Shown here: piece by piece, positions 20,924-32,479 of the stretch | Layout of the letters: each line of letters opens with the position of its first letter | How positions within the stretch are numbered: position 1 is the stretch's first letter | Assembly (NCBI GenBank): GCA_963796275.1 | Contig: CAWCKY010000001.1 | Span: 704,001-768,000, forward strand | Source: an uncultured Acidobacteriota bacterium | GTDB taxonomy: Bacteria; Acidobacteriota; Blastocatellia; RBC074 | Direction of reading: 5' to 3' | Length of the DNA: 64,000 bases | The notes under the pieces: generated by a model | Seen by the model: only the letters and a program-made list of their open reading frames with translations | What the model was told of the DNA's origin: nothing | Database searches by the model: none | Position numbers and translations under genes: made by a program

Positions 20924-21850
20924 TTGAGAATCATTCCGCTTGGCACGAGCTCCGGCAAGCCCACACTTAATCGCAACGTTAGTGCGACGGCGGTAGTGGG
21001 CGAAGGCGAATGGTGGTTATTCGATTGCGGAGAAGGGACACAAACGCAGATCGCCCGTGCCGGGATATCTCCTCACAAGCTCGCCGGTATCTTCATCACA
21101 CATCTGCACGGAGATCATTTCAACGGGTTGCCCGGACTGCTCTCGACCATGGCGCTCGATCAGCGGAAGCACAAATTGACGCTCATCGGACCGCCCGGCA
21201 TCCGCGAATACCTTGATTTGCTCAGCCGTTTGAGGATTCTCTTCGCCAACTATCCGCTCAGTGTGCGCGAATTCGGCGCGGAATATTTCGCCGCCAGGCC
21301 GATGGAACTGGTGTACGAATCGGCGAGATATACCGTGGTCACACGACCGCTCGATCATCGCATCTTCGCCCTCGGTTACCGCGTTGAGGAGAAAATGAGG
21401 CCGGGGAGATTCGATCTTGAGAAGGCTCGCGAGCTGGGAATCCCGGTCGGCCCCCTCTACGGACAACTGCAATCTGGGAGGGAGATCACCCTCGCGGACG
21501 GGCGCGTGATCCATCCATCCCAGGTTGTTGGACCGCCGCGCCGGGGTAAATCTGTCAGCTATTGTCTTGACACCCGCCCCTGCGAGAACGCCGTTACGCT
21601 GGCGCGCGATGTCGACTGGCTGATCTATGAAGCCACTTATACACAGGAATTCATCGAAGAGGCGCGCCAGTATGGTCATTCGACTGCGGCTCAGGCTGCG
21701 TCGATCGCTCGGGAGGCCAGAGCCCGCCAACTCCTGATCACACATTTCAGCTCGCGCTATCCTGACCCGCGGCCGTTGCTCGAGGAAGCGCGCAATATCT
21801 TTCCCGCCACCACGATGGCGGATGATTTGATGGAGATTGAAATCGAATGA
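20924..21850 (+). CDS. rnz: Ribonuclease Z
   Basis: LGTSSG.P...RN, FDCGEGTQ, ITHLHGDH, exosite GIPVGPLYG.L, DTRP, EATY, GHST and THFSSRY. Probable TTG start at 20924. Confidence 0.95.
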   Translation: MRIIPLGTSSGKPTLNRNVSATAVVGEGEWWLFDCGEGTQTQIARAGISPHKLAGIFITHLHGDHFNGLPGLLSTMALDQRKHKLTLIGPPGIREYLDLLSRLRILFANYPLSVREFGAEYFAARPMELVYESARYTVVTRPLDHRIFALGYRVEEKMRPGRFDLEKARELGIPVGPLYGQLQSGREITLADGRVIHPSQVVGPPRRGKSVSYCLDTRPCENAVTLARDVDWLIYEATYTQEFIEEARQYGHSTAAQAASIAREARARQLLITHFSSRYPDPRPLLEEARNIFPATTMADDLMEIEIE

Positions 21851-22066
21851 GAGCGATCTGCACCTGGAGCATCTCTTATAGCGATAGCACTAGCCAGTGC
21901 CACAGGTATGATTTGGTAGTCATGAATTTAAATCCGTGGGCCATTTAGCAATTCGACAATCGGCGTACTCAGCTGTAGTAGCGGTTGAAAGATCAGATCA
22001 GAGAAGCACCATTAGAAACTTGATCGACGCGACGCCCGAGGTGCTGCCGCCTGCGATTTTACGCCA

Positions 22067-23530
22067 TCAATTTCTTCTCTTCCTCGTGCTCGTTCCTCCG
22101 AAAATCGAGCCCAGAACTCCACGCACAATCTGACGGCCGAGGGAGCTGCCGATAGACCGCGCCGCACTGGTTGCAAGCGATCCGAGGATGTCGGTCGCCT
22201 CCCTGGCGACTGGCGAAGCTTTCTCAGCATGGCCTTGCGATTCAACCGCAGCTCGATCCCGCCGCTCCTTCAACATTTCATAAGCCGACTCACGGTCGAC
22301 CGCGGCTTCATAATGCCCAGCCAGGATCGATGATTGAATCGCCTGCCGGCGTTCATGCGGCGAGATTGGGCCGAGCTGGCTGTGCGGAGGAGCGATCAAT
22401 GCGCGGCGCACCACATCCGGCGCGCCTTTCTCATCGAGTAGCGAAACGAGCGCCTCGCCCACGGCTAGCTCCGTGATCGCGGCTTCTACGTCCAGGTCGG
22501 GATTCTGCCGGAATGTCGTGGCGGCTGCCCTGACGGCTTTCTGGTCGCGCGGGGTATAAGCGCGCAGGGCGTGTTGCACGCGATTGCCCAATTGTCCGAG
22601 AACATTGTCTGGAATGTCGAGCGGGCTCTGAGTGACGAAATAGACGCCGACTCCCTTCGAACGAATCAAGCGCACTACCTGTTCGATCTTATCCGACAGT
22701 GCGCGCGGCATATCTTCGAAAAGCAAATGCGCCTCATCGAAGAAAAAGACGATTTTCGGCAGCTCCGGATCGCCGATTTCGGGAAGCTCTTCGAAGAGTT
22801 CCGCGAGCAGCCAGAGCAGGAAAGTCGCGTAGAGGTTGGGCAACTGCATGAGCTTGTCTGCCGCAAAAATACTGATCATCCCGCGGCCGTCCCGATCCGT
22901 TTGCATGAGGTCGCCGATGTCGAGCGCCGGTTCGCCGAATAGTTTATCGCCCCCCTGCCCCTCGAGTTCTAGGAGACGGCGTTGAATAGAGCCGATGCTT
23001 GCGGCGGAGACGTTGCCATACTCCGTCTTCAGAGATCGGGCATTCTCGCCGATGTATTGAAGCATCGCTCGCAGGTCTTTCAGGTCGAGCAGAAGCAGTC
23101 CTTTGTCATCCGCGACTTTGAAGGTCAGGGACAGCACGCCGCTCTGAGTATCATTGAGATCGAGCACCCGGCTCAGAAGCAAAGGGCCCATCTCCGATAT
23201 CGTCGATCGCAGCGGGTGGCCAGCTTCGCCAAAGACGTCCCAGAAGAGAACCGGGTAAGAGGTATACGCGAAGCCGGGAAGGCCCAATTGGCGCGCCCGC
23301 TCGGCGATCTTCGGTTCATTGCCGCCAGGCTGGCAGATGCCGGCCAGATCGCCTTTCACGTCAGACATAAAGACGGACGTCCCGATCTCGCTGAACCCTT
23401 CCGCGAGGACGCGTAGCGTGACCGATTTTCCCGTGCCCGTTGCGCCGGCGATCAATCCGTGACGATTCGACATCTTGGGCAAAAGATAGATCCCTTCCCG
23501 GTCTTTCGCGATCAGAATAGGTTCAGGCAT
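22067..23530 (-). CDS. DUF853/YjgR-like HerA-superfamily ATPase
   Basis: NRHGLIAGATGTGKS, DVKGDL.G, FFFDEAHLLF, RLIRSKGVG and LGQLGNRVQHALRA. Confidence 0.92.
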   Translation of the reverse strand: MPEPILIAKDREGIYLLPKMSNRHGLIAGATGTGKSVTLRVLAEGFSEIGTSVFMSDVKGDLAGICQPGGNEPKIAERARQLGLPGFAYTSYPVLFWDVFGEAGHPLRSTISEMGPLLLSRVLDLNDTQSGVLSLTFKVADDKGLLLLDLKDLRAMLQYIGENARSLKTEYGNVSAASIGSIQRRLLELEGQGGDKLFGEPALDIGDLMQTDRDGRGMISIFAADKLMQLPNLYATFLLWLLAELFEELPEIGDPELPKIVFFFDEAHLLFEDMPRALSDKIEQVVRLIRSKGVGVYFVTQSPLDIPDNVLGQLGNRVQHALRAYTPRDQKAVRAAATTFRQNPDLDVEAAITELAVGEALVSLLDEKGAPDVVRRALIAPPHSQLGPISPHERRQAIQSSILAGHYEAAVDRESAYEMLKERRDRAAVESQGHAEKASPVAREATDILGSLATSAARSIGSSLGRQIVRGVLGSIFGGTSTRKRRN

Positions 23531-23551
23531 GAACAAATCCCTGTGCTGAAT

Positions 23552-23629
23552 GGGAGACAAAAAGGGCTAATATCAAAAAGAACAAAAAACGACTTTTCTC
23601 CTCTCTCGTTTTATTTGCCTTTTGTTTTC
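23552..23629. repeat. A-rich/T-rich degenerate palindromic repeat
   Basis: GGGAGACAAAAAGGGCTAATATCAAAAAGAACAAAAA followed by TTTTATTTGCCTTTTGTTTTC. Similar in style to 36864-36926, 39013-39328, 4792-4960 and 54314-54415. Confidence 0.5.
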
Positions 23630-23633
23630 AAGC

Positions 23634-25235
23634 TCAAATTGTTTCCTGATACTCCCCAAAAACAGTGCGCATACGGTCGGCGATCTCGCCCAGCGTCGCG
23701 TAAGCCTCGACGGCCGCGATTATACGAGGCATCAGATTTTCGCCGGACCTCGCTGCCCGCTCGACGTCGGCGAGAGCGGCTTCTGCCGTGACAGCATCGC
23801 GTTCAGCGCGGACCTTGCGCAGGCGCTCGACTTGTTTTTGCTCGAATTCGGGATCGATCTTCAAAATTGCGATGGTCGAATCTTCGTCGATCTCAAATCT
23901 ATTGACGCCGACGACGATCTCCTCTTGCATCTCAACGGACTTTTGATACTCATAGGCGGCTCGCTCGATTTCGCGTTGCACGAAGCCTGCCTCGATCGCC
24001 GATAACATCCCGCCCAGCTCATCGATTTTTTCCATGTACTGCGCAGCGCGGCGCTCGATCTCGTCGGTTAAATATTCAACCAGATATGATCCGGCGAGCG
24101 GATCGACCGATTCCACCACGCCGGATTCGTATGCGATTACCTGCTGCGTCCTGAGAGCGATCCGCGCGGCATCCTCTGTCGGAAGGCTCAATGCCTCATC
24201 CATGGCATTCGTATGGAGCGATTGCGTGCCGCCCAGAACCGCCGCGAGCGCCTGGATCGTCGTCCTGATGACATTGACTTCCGGCTGTTGCGCGGTGAGG
24301 GTCGATCCGGCAGTCTGCGTGTGAAAGCGAAGCATCATTGAGCGCGGGTCTTTCGCTCCGAAGCGATCGCGCATATTCCTCGCCCACAGCCGGCGCGCAG
24401 CGCGGTATTTCGCCACCTCCTCTAGGAAATTGTTATGCGCATTGAAAAAGAAGGCCAACCGTGGCGCGAATACGTCGACATTCAACCCCGCATCGATCGC
24501 CGCCTGTACATATGTGATCCCATCGGCCAGGGTGAATGCGACCTCCTGCGCAGCGGTAGACCCGGCTTCGCGGATGTGATACCCCGAGATCGATATGGTG
24601 TTCCAATTGGGAACCTCTTTCGCGCAATAAGAAAAGATGTCAGTGATTATCCGCAGCGAGGCTTGCGGCGGATAAATATATGTGCCGCGCGCGATGTACT
24701 CTTTCAGGATGTCGTTCTGTATGGTTCCGTTGAGCCTCTCGGGCGAGACGCCCTGTCTTTTCCCTACCGCGATGTAGAGCGCGAGCAGGATTGAGGCCGT
24801 GGCGTTGATCGTCATCGATGTCGAGACGCGATCAAGCGGGATGCCTTCGAAGAGCGTCTCCATGTCGGCGAGCGAATCTATCGGCACACCGACGCGGCCC
24901 ACCTCTCCTTGCGCCAGCGGATGATCGCTGTCGTAACCGATCTGCGTCGGCAGATCGAAGGCCACCGACAGACCGGTCGTCCCCTGCTGGAGCAGATACT
25001 TGTAACGGCGGTTCGATTCTTCGGCGGTGGCGAATCCGGCGTATTGGCGCATCGTCCATAGGCGCGTGCGGTACATCGTCTCATATACGCCGCGCGTGAA
25101 TGGGAATTTGCCCGGATCGCCCAGGTCTAGCTGATAGTCGATTTCGACATCGTCGGGCGTGAGGTGGTTCTTCAGCTCGATCTCCGATGAGGTGGCGAAG
25201 CGCGGTCTCCGTTCATTAGTTTTTGTTTTCGGCAT
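23634..25235 (-). CDS. Methylmalonyl-CoA mutase, catalytic (large) subunit without fused B12-binding domain
   Basis: [17 protein letters not shown] (Tyr specificity residue typical of MCM), [37 protein letters not shown] and [13 protein letters not shown]. Start MPKTK at 25235. Confidence 0.93.
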   Translation of the reverse strand: MPKTKTNERRPRFATSSEIELKNHLTPDDVEIDYQLDLGDPGKFPFTRGVYETMYRTRLWTMRQYAGFATAEESNRRYKYLLQQGTTGLSVAFDLPTQIGYDSDHPLAQGEVGRVGVPIDSLADMETLFEGIPLDRVSTSMTINATASILLALYIAVGKRQGVSPERLNGTIQNDILKEYIARGTYIYPPQASLRIITDIFSYCAKEVPNWNTISISGYHIREAGSTAAQEVAFTLADGITYVQAAIDAGLNVDVFAPRLAFFFNAHNNFLEEVAKYRAARRLWARNMRDRFGAKDPRSMMLRFHTQTAGSTLTAQQPEVNVIRTTIQALAAVLGGTQSLHTNAMDEALSLPTEDAARIALRTQQVIAYESGVVESVDPLAGSYLVEYLTDEIERRAAQYMEKIDELGGMLSAIEAGFVQREIERAAYEYQKSVEMQEEIVVGVNRFEIDEDSTIAILKIDPEFEQKQVERLRKVRAERDAVTAEAALADVERAARSGENLMPRIIAAVEAYATLGEIADRMRTVFGEYQETI

Positions 25236-25247
25236 ATGCAAGAAATC

Positions 25248-25337
25248 CGCCACAAAAACAACAAAAATTATAAAACACACAAAAATACAGGGGATTTCTA
25301 CTTTCTCGTTTTTTTTCCCATTGCGTTTTTTTGTGGC
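25248..25337. repeat. A-rich/T-rich degenerate palindrome (GCCACAAAAA...TTTTTGTGGC) in a divergent intergenic region
   Basis: Complementary ends GCCACAAAAA / TTTTTGTGGC, with roughly 9-nt periodic arms. Confidence 0.55.
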
Positions 25338-25420
25338 AAATCACTCCTCTATAATGATGGCAGAAATTCTATCACGCAAAGCATCCGGAGCAGTACTACG
25401 GGTCGATAAGGAGAATAAAA

Positions 25421-27289
25421 ATGACTATCAACGCTTTTCCTATTCTCGTTGGCGTGCTCTGTATCTATGCCATCGCCTACCGTTACTACAGCGCATTCAT
25501 CGCAGCTAAAGTTCTCGCACTTGACGATACGCGCGTGACGCCTGCGCACGAACACTATGACGGGCAGAACTACACGCCTACGAACAAGTATGTTTTGTGG
25601 GGCCATCACTTCGCGGCGATCAGCGGACCTGGGCCACTTATCGGGCCTGTCTTAGCCGCGCAGTTCGGTTATCTTCCCGGCCTTATCTGGCTCGTCATCG
25701 GCGTGGTGATCGGAGGAGCCGTTCACGATTTCGTCGTCCTCGTGGCATCGATGCGCCGCGGCGGCAAATCGCTTGCGGAGCTAGCCCGGCGCGAAATCGA
25801 TACAGTCACCGGTGTCGTGGCCACCATGGCGATCTTATTGATTTTGATCGTGGCGCTCGCCGGTCTCGGACTGGCCGTCGTCAGCGCGCTCGCCGAGAGT
25901 CCCTGGGGGGTGTTCACCATCGCGATGACGATTCCCATCGCATTTTTTATGGGATTGTACATTTACCGCTGGCGGGGCGGATCGCATCGGGCGATCACTC
26001 AAGGAACAGTAGTCGGCGTCATTCTACTGATCCTCGCCGTGGTCTTCGGAAAAGTCGTTCAGGATTCCTCCTGGGCCGATTACTTCAGGTTCGGACCGCT
26101 CGGGATAACTATTTCGATAGCGATTTACGGTTTCGTAGCTTCGGTGCTTCCCGTCTGGCTGTTGCTCTGCCCGCGCGATTATCTCAGTTCGTATATGAAG
26201 ATCGGCTCGATAGGGTTTCTCGCGCTCGGAATCATGATCGTGATGCCGACCTTCAAAATGCCCGCGGTCACGCCTTTCGTCGATGGCGGCGGTCCGATCA
26301 TTCCCGGCAAGGTATTCCCATTCGTATTTATCACGATCGCATGCGGCGCGATCTCGGGCTTTCACGCTCTGGTCAGCTCAGGCACGACGCCCAAGATGAT
26401 CGATAAAGAGACGCACGCGCGGCCGATCGGATACGGAGCGATGTTGTGCGAATCAATAGTAGGCGTGATGGCTTTGATCGCGGCCGCCTCAATGTTCCCG
26501 CACGACTATTTCCAGATCAACATCCCGGTCGAAAAGTTCGCCCAGGTCGACGGCATGTTGCGTTCGATGGGATTTTCCGAATCGAACCTGGCGGCGTTGA
26601 CGCAGGCCGTCGGCGAAGAACGGCTGGCCGGACGGACGGGCGGCGCGGTGAGCCTGGCCGTCGGAATGGCGCAAATCTTTTCGGCCATTCCCGGAATGTC
26701 AGGTCTCATGAGTTACTGGTATCACTTCGCGATAATGTTCGAAGCGCTCTTCATCCTGACCACCGTGGACACGGGGACGCGCGTCGCGCGCTTCATGATG
26801 CAGGAGACGCTGGGGGCATTCTACAAACCGTTCGCGAAAACAGACTGGTTGCCGGGAGCAATTATCGCCAGTCTCATTTCGGTCTTAGCCTGGACCTATC
26901 TGATCTGGCAGGGCACCATCTCGACGATCTGGCCGCTGTTCGGAATGGCCAATCAAATGCTGGCATGCGTGGCTCTTTGCGTGGGCACTACCGTCATCAT
27001 CAATGCGGGCAAGGTGCGTTATGCCTGGACCACGATCATACCTTTGGCATTCGTCAGTGTGATCGAGATGACCGCCGGTTATCAGAATATCGCCGATAAT
27101 TACTGGCCGCTGACCGATAATCCTGCAACCAGCTTCAGAGGATATCTCTACTCGATCATCACGGCATTATTGATGCTCGGCCTGGCGATTGTAATTGTCG
27201 GATCTGTGCGCAAATGGTATCGCGTTGCGATCAAAGGAGATTCGCAAAAGCCGGCGCTACAGGAGCCGGTGGCGGTGGGGCACGATTAA
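25421..27289 (+). CDS. cstA: Carbon starvation protein A family transporter
   Basis: TPAH...[51 protein letters not shown] and SSGTTPK. SD AAGGAG upstream. Confidence 0.95.
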   Translation: MTINAFPILVGVLCIYAIAYRYYSAFIAAKVLALDDTRVTPAHEHYDGQNYTPTNKYVLWGHHFAAISGPGPLIGPVLAAQFGYLPGLIWLVIGVVIGGAVHDFVVLVASMRRGGKSLAELARREIDTVTGVVATMAILLILIVALAGLGLAVVSALAESPWGVFTIAMTIPIAFFMGLYIYRWRGGSHRAITQGTVVGVILLILAVVFGKVVQDSSWADYFRFGPLGITISIAIYGFVASVLPVWLLLCPRDYLSSYMKIGSIGFLALGIMIVMPTFKMPAVTPFVDGGGPIIPGKVFPFVFITIACGAISGFHALVSSGTTPKMIDKETHARPIGYGAMLCESIVGVMALIAAASMFPHDYFQINIPVEKFAQVDGMLRSMGFSESNLAALTQAVGEERLAGRTGGAVSLAVGMAQIFSAIPGMSGLMSYWYHFAIMFEALFILTTVDTGTRVARFMMQETLGAFYKPFAKTDWLPGAIIASLISVLAWTYLIWQGTISTIWPLFGMANQMLACVALCVGTTVIINAGKVRYAWTTIIPLAFVSVIEMTAGYQNIADNYWPLTDNPATSFRGYLYSIITALLMLGLAIVIVGSVRKWYRVAIKGDSQKPALQEPVAVGHD

Positions 27290-27369
27290 TAGAGAGCGGA
27301 ATTCAGGAGACAGAATACCGATTTGGCATTATTCTGACTTCCGCCCTGATTCACTTATCTAATTTATTT

Positions 27370-28557
27370 ATGTCAAAACGCCTGGCAATCATCGGCGGGG
27401 CTGTCGTCACGCCACAGACAGTAATCGAGAACGGCATCGTTCTTTGTGAAGGCGCGAAGATCGTGTTTGTGGGTCCGGCTGGTGACGCCGCACCTGAACC
27501 CGGTGCGCAGATAGTCGATGCGCGCGGCAAGTCGGTCATGCCGGGTTTTATCGATACGCACTTTCACGGTAGCGGCGGCGATGATGTGATGGCCAACGGT
27601 TCGGAGGGGATCCGACGAATATCAAGAGCGATGCTGAAATACGGCACGACGGGTTATCTGCCATCGACTGTTGCCGCGCGGCACGAAGCATTGCTGCGTT
27701 CGCTGGAGGATACGATCGCGGCGGAAACGAAAGACAAAGATTCACCGGAGACCGCCGAAATACTGGGACTGCACATCGAAGGGCCATATATCAATCCCAA
27801 ATTCAAAGGTGCGCAGCCCGAATGGGGGATTCGAGACCCCGACTTCGACGAGTGCCGCGAGTTACTCGGAATAGCGGGCGGACGAATAAAGATTATGACG
27901 CTCGCTCCTGAATTGCCGGGTGGGCTTGAGTTGATCCGCTTCTTGACGGCGGCAGGAGTGGTGGCATCTGTCGGGCATTCGGATGCCGACTACGAAACTG
28001 CGCTGGCTGCAATCGAGGCGGGCGCGACCCGGGCGACCCATCTTTACAATGCCATGTCGGGCGTGCATCACCGCAAGCCGGGTCTGGCGGCCGCTTGCCT
28101 GAACGAGCCGGGCATCCGCGCGGAGTTGATCTGCGACGGAATCCACGTCGAACCGCGAATGGCGCAACTCGCGTGGAAGGCGAAAGGCCGCGAAGGCATC
28201 TCTCTTATCACTGACGCTACAGCAGCGCAGGGAATAGGCGACGGCGATTATGCGATGGGCGATTTTCAGATCAGGGTCCGCGGTCCGCTCTGCACTCTGA
28301 TGGATGGAGTGACCATAGCGGGGTCGGTATTGACAATGAATATTGCCGCACGCAATGCTATGAAATTCACGGGGATGAATTTGATCGACGCGGCTCACGC
28401 GGCTTCATTGCTGCCCGCCCAGACCTGCGGCGTTGCCGGCCGGAAGGGATCGATTGAGGCGGGGAAAGACGCGGACATTGCGGTTTTGCATCCGGATTTC
28501 TCCGTTTCACACACGATTCGTGCGGGAGTTGTAGCTTATCAAAACGGGCAAAATTGA
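27370..28557 (+). CDS. nagA: N-acetylglucosamine-6-phosphate deacetylase
   Basis: [47 protein letters not shown] and IAGS.LTM. Start MSKRL at 27370. Confidence 0.93.
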   Translation: MSKRLAIIGGAVVTPQTVIENGIVLCEGAKIVFVGPAGDAAPEPGAQIVDARGKSVMPGFIDTHFHGSGGDDVMANGSEGIRRISRAMLKYGTTGYLPSTVAARHEALLRSLEDTIAAETKDKDSPETAEILGLHIEGPYINPKFKGAQPEWGIRDPDFDECRELLGIAGGRIKIMTLAPELPGGLELIRFLTAAGVVASVGHSDADYETALAAIEAGATRATHLYNAMSGVHHRKPGLAAACLNEPGIRAELICDGIHVEPRMAQLAWKAKGREGISLITDATAAQGIGDGDYAMGDFQIRVRGPLCTLMDGVTIAGSVLTMNIAARNAMKFTGMNLIDAAHAASLLPAQTCGVAGRKGSIEAGKDADIAVLHPDFSVSHTIRAGVVAYQNGQN

Positions 28558-28653
28558 ATTTTCGTAACTGCGCAGCCTCTTTCCCGCAAGCGCGGCATGG
28601 AGGCTGTACGCGGATATTATGTTTGATGATATTATTTTTAAGGAGTTCTGCAG

Positions 28654-29361
28654 ATGGCTAGCGATATTACGACAAACAAAACCAAATTTTCAGCCGGGGG
28701 CAAGGATGTAAATGTATTCGTGGCGCGCCCCACGGGGGTTGAGAAGGCGCCGGCGATCATCGTCGTCCAGGAATGGTGGGGGCTCACACCTCACATAGAG
28801 GATATAGCGCAGCGTTATGCGCGCGAGGGGTTCATAGCCGTTGCGCCCGATCTATACGATGGCGTGACCACGAAGGATCCCAAGGAAGCTGCCAACCTGA
28901 TGGGCGCGCTGAAGACCGAGAAAGGGCTTGCATATCTGCAAACCGTGCTCACGCAGTTGCGCTCGATGGATGACGTGACGAGTGTGGGAGTGACCGGGTT
29001 CTGCATGGGAGGAACATACGCGCTGTTGCTTCCCTGTCACGCAAAACTGGAAGCATCGGCTCCATTCTATGGCGATGTGCCGGAAGATACGGCGATTATC
29101 GGCAAGCTGAGCTGCCCGGTTCTCTTCATCGGCGGCGAGAAGGATCAATGGATCAATGTTGATAAGATGAACCGCCTCGACTCAGCGCTCAAGCAGCATT
29201 CCAAGGAAGGGGAAGTTCGCGTATACAAGGGCGCGGATCACGCATTCTTCAATGACACACGTCCAGAAGTTTACAACAAGAATGATGCCGAGGACGCGTG
29301 GAAGAGGGTCATCGTGTTTTTCAACAAGCATCTGCGTAAGGGGCAGGTCGCAGGCGCGTAA
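28654..29361 (+). CDS. Dienelactone hydrolase family protein
   Basis: VVQEWWGL, APDLY, GFCMGG nucleophile motif and HAFFND. Confidence 0.92.
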   Translation: MASDITTNKTKFSAGGKDVNVFVARPTGVEKAPAIIVVQEWWGLTPHIEDIAQRYAREGFIAVAPDLYDGVTTKDPKEAANLMGALKTEKGLAYLQTVLTQLRSMDDVTSVGVTGFCMGGTYALLLPCHAKLEASAPFYGDVPEDTAIIGKLSCPVLFIGGEKDQWINVDKMNRLDSALKQHSKEGEVRVYKGADHAFFNDTRPEVYNKNDAEDAWKRVIVFFNKHLRKGQVAGA

Positions 29362-29373
29362 AATGGGCGCGTA

Positions 29374-30114
29374 ATGGAAGAAATCAAAACAGCGATCATC
29401 ACCGGCGCGTCATCAGGCATCGGCCGGGCGACCGCCCTGGCGTTGGCCGATCAGGGAGCACGTTTATGTCTGCTTGCGCGATCGGGCGGCCGGCTTGACG
29501 AGGTGCGAGATGAAGCCGTAAGGCGTGGGGCGGCTGATGTCTCCCCCTATGTTTGCGATGTGCGCGAAGAGGCTGAAGTAGAAGATGCCGTGAAGGCGGC
29601 GCTCGAACGCTTCGGTCGAATCGACATTCTGATCAATAGCGCTGGTTTGAGCCTCAACGGCGAGGTGGAAGATTACAACCTCAGCGACTGGCGCACGGTG
29701 ATCGACACGAACTTGACGGGAACCTTTTTGACCTGCCGCGCCGTAATACCAGCGATGAAGCGTGGCGGCGGCGGGCAGATCATCAATATTTCATCGGGCG
29801 CAGGCCGCAATGGCATTAAGCATATGGCGGCCTACTGCGCCTCGAAGTTCGGCGTCATAGGATTTACCGAATCGCTGGCGCTCGAAGTCCGTAACCACAA
29901 TATCCGCGTCTCGGTCCTCCTCCCTGGATCAGTGGCAACCGATTTTTCACGCGTCGCGAGACGCGGAACGGCAGAGGATGCAGGTTATTCGATGACCGCT
30001 GAGGAAGTTGCATCGGTGATCGTCGCAATGCTCGCACAACCAGTTCAAGCCTGGATGAGCGAGGTCGTGTTGCGCCCGCTCAATCTCGAACTGCGAAGAA
30101 CGCTGAGAGGTTAG
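29374..30114 (+). CDS. SDR family oxidoreductase
   Basis: TGASSGIG, LINSAG and YCASK. Confidence 0.93.
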   Translation: MEEIKTAIITGASSGIGRATALALADQGARLCLLARSGGRLDEVRDEAVRRGAADVSPYVCDVREEAEVEDAVKAALERFGRIDILINSAGLSLNGEVEDYNLSDWRTVIDTNLTGTFLTCRAVIPAMKRGGGGQIINISSGAGRNGIKHMAAYCASKFGVIGFTESLALEVRNHNIRVSVLLPGSVATDFSRVARRGTAEDAGYSMTAEEVASVIVAMLAQPVQAWMSEVVLRPLNLELRRTLRG

Positions 30115-30116
30115 CA

Positions 30117-31373
30117 ATGGAAGGGGAAGGAATATTATGCGCCGGTTGCGGCATCACGCTCAGACCTTTCATGAAGGTCTGCCCGCGTTGTGGCTTGGAA
30201 CGCGAAAATGTCGATCCGATAGATATCCCGCATAATATTGCAGATAACCGGGAACCCGTTTCTATGGCGAGGCCGGGTTTTCGCCCGGCGAACATGGTTT
30301 TCCTGCCGCCTCTCGAAACTTCACGCAGATTTCCCATCTTCACATCAGCGCAATGGATGCTCATCGCTATCGGCATCGGGTTGCTGATCGTGATGCTGGC
30401 GGTAGCTCTCCTTCTCTGGCGCCAACAGCAACGCGATTTGTCCCAGCTGGCCGACGGCACAAACGTAGTCGCGACTTCGCCCCCGTCCGTGGCTGCCAGA
30501 CCTGAAGCCAGTCCCGCGACAACACCTGCAACGGAAGCTATAGACGATCAAAAGATCACAGATGCGGTCAAAACAGCTTTGATGGCTTACAACCCACTCG
30601 GGTTCGCGCGATACAAGGTCGAAGTCAAAGTAGGAGTGGTGACGCTCGATGGGGAAGCGCTGCATCAACCGGAGAAGGACGGAGCGGATAACGTCACGAG
30701 ACTGATAGCCGGAGTTAAATCTGTCGTCAACAATCTGAAGGTCAAGCCTGAGGAGCCACTATTTCCTCTCAAAGTTAATGCGGCCGAGGCGAAATTGCTC
30801 GACGAAGCCCTCAAGCAACAGATACAGGCGGATGATCAGTCAAGGCAGAAAAATTCACAAGTCGATCCGCAGCGTGAGGCTGAACGCCAGCGACGTGAGA
30901 TGATCGCAGCACGGCAGCGCGAGGAAGAGATCGCTCTGAGGAAAGCCGCGGAGGAGAAATTACGGCGCGAAATCGAAGAGTATGACAAACGTCAGGAAGA
31001 GCTCCGCCGGGCGGAGGCTGAGCGCCGGGCGCGCGCCGAGCAGGCGCGGTTCGATGTTAGCGCACTGCGCACTGGGACAGTGGCCTGGAGCGGAGTCGTC
31101 GACGGGGTCGATGAAATTATATTTTCAGGCTCGAGCGCCTCGGTCCGACACGTGAGCGGTAAACCGCCGCGCGATGTGCGTGCCTCTTTCAGTGCGCCTC
31201 TACCGCGGTCAGTCGTCAACCTAGATCTGGTTTCGACAAGTGGGCGCGGAATCATTGTAATTGTGCAGCATTCTGCGCCGGACAATGGATATACGACCAT
31301 CGTTCGCATTGACGATAGCGGTAAAGGAAACGACAAACGTTATGAATTCACGCTGCGCTGGACATTGAAATGA
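30117..31373 (+). CDS. Membrane-anchored BON-domain protein with N-terminal zinc ribbon, coiled coil and uncharacterised C-terminal beta domain
   Basis: CAGCG...CPRCG, one TM helix, BON-like DQKITDAVK..L...VEVK.GVVTLDG...GVKSVVNNLKV, and an E/R/Q-rich coil. Confidence 0.75.
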   Translation: MEGEGILCAGCGITLRPFMKVCPRCGLERENVDPIDIPHNIADNREPVSMARPGFRPANMVFLPPLETSRRFPIFTSAQWMLIAIGIGLLIVMLAVALLLWRQQQRDLSQLADGTNVVATSPPSVAARPEASPATTPATEAIDDQKITDAVKTALMAYNPLGFARYKVEVKVGVVTLDGEALHQPEKDGADNVTRLIAGVKSVVNNLKVKPEEPLFPLKVNAAEAKLLDEALKQQIQADDQSRQKNSQVDPQREAERQRREMIAARQREEEIALRKAAEEKLRREIEEYDKRQEELRRAEAERRARAEQARFDVSALRTGTVAWSGVVDGVDEIIFSGSSASVRHVSGKPPRDVRASFSAPLPRSVVNLDLVSTSGRGIIVIVQHSAPDNGYTTIVRIDDSGKGNDKRYEFTLRWTLK

Positions 31374-31444
31374 TGAGCGGAAGGCGTGGAACGGAGAGGA
31401 GCGGATTTGATACAAGTGGTTCAATTTCGCGACCTTTTTCACTT

Positions 31445-32377
31445 ATGAAAGAAAAATCAAAGCTTAAGGTCAGTACTCCTGCTCTCCCGCGCGCGGCTAC
31501 ATCTCCCATCCGTCTCGGCGTTCATACCGGCATAGGTGGAGGGCTCTATCGCTCGATTCTCGAGGCGAAAAGCAAAGGCTGTCAGACATGGCAAATTTTT
31601 TCACGCAATCCGCGCGGCTGGGAAGCTAAACCTTTGACTCCCGTAGATATAAAGCTGTTCCGCGGAGCACACGAAGAATCAAAACTGGACCCTTGCGTGA
31701 TTCATTCGTGTTATCTGATCAACCTCGCTGCGATGTCGCCCGATCTCCGCACCAAATCGGTCACAGCCTTCCGCGATGAAATTCTGCGCGGCTTGTCGAT
31801 GGGCGCCAATTACCTCGTGGTCCATCCCGGCAGTGCGCGCGAGGCATCCGTGGAGCAGGCGATTGAAGCCTGCGGCGCGGCGCTTCGCGAAGCTGCCGGA
31901 GGGTTGGAAGACCAGATGTGGAAATCCGGATTTGAGATCCTGATCGAAAACACAGCCGGTCAGGGCGGTCAGATCGGCCGCACCTTTGAACAGGTGCGTG
32001 ACATCATCTCGCTTTGCGCGAACCTCCCGCTCGGAATGTGCCTCGACACCGCCCATTCATTTGTCGCCGGTTATGATTGGCGCGATGAGGGCGCCTCGAA
32101 ACGCGCCATCACTCTGCTCGGCAAGACCGTCGGGTTCGATCGGGTCAGGGCCGTTCATTTCAATGACTCCAAAGCCCCTTTCGAGTCCAGGGTAGATCGC
32201 CACTGGCATATCGGTGAAGGCGAGATTGGCAGCGAAGGCCTCGCACGGGTCATCAACCATCCCAAGCTACGCAATCTGCCCTTCATCCTGGAAACGCCGC
32301 AAGACGATAAAATCGACGATCTCAAGAATCTGGCCGCCGCGCGTGCGTTGCTAAAAGATGGTTACTCGGCATGCTAG
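31445..32377 (+). CDS. nfo: Endonuclease IV (AP endonuclease)
   Basis: QIFSRNPRGW, HSCYLINL, VHPG, ENTAGQG, CLDTAH, HFNDSK, DRHWHIG and LETP. Start uncertain. Confidence 0.93.
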   Translation: MKEKSKLKVSTPALPRAATSPIRLGVHTGIGGGLYRSILEAKSKGCQTWQIFSRNPRGWEAKPLTPVDIKLFRGAHEESKLDPCVIHSCYLINLAAMSPDLRTKSVTAFRDEILRGLSMGANYLVVHPGSAREASVEQAIEACGAALREAAGGLEDQMWKSGFEILIENTAGQGGQIGRTFEQVRDIISLCANLPLGMCLDTAHSFVAGYDWRDEGASKRAITLLGKTVGFDRVRAVHFNDSKAPFESRVDRHWHIGEGEIGSEGLARVINHPKLRNLPFILETPQDDKIDDLKNLAAARALLKDGYSAC

Positions 32378-32479
32378 CAGGTATTACGTGGTCGGTTGGT
32401 ACCGGTAAATAGGCCCGCTCAACCGATCGCTTATTCGCCGCTGCCGCAAGTGTAAAAATTATCCGGCCCGAATTACATT

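Noticed and set aside
21887-21902. Sigma-54 promoter on the minus strand (TGGCACTGGCTAGTGC)
   Set aside because: GG-to-GC spacing is 11 rather than the required 10.
27290-27369. YbdD/YjiX small gene after cstA, or the 27214 extended start of nagA
   Set aside because: The gap is only 80 bp and holds a hairpin. The extended start overlaps cstA and adds non-homologous sequence.
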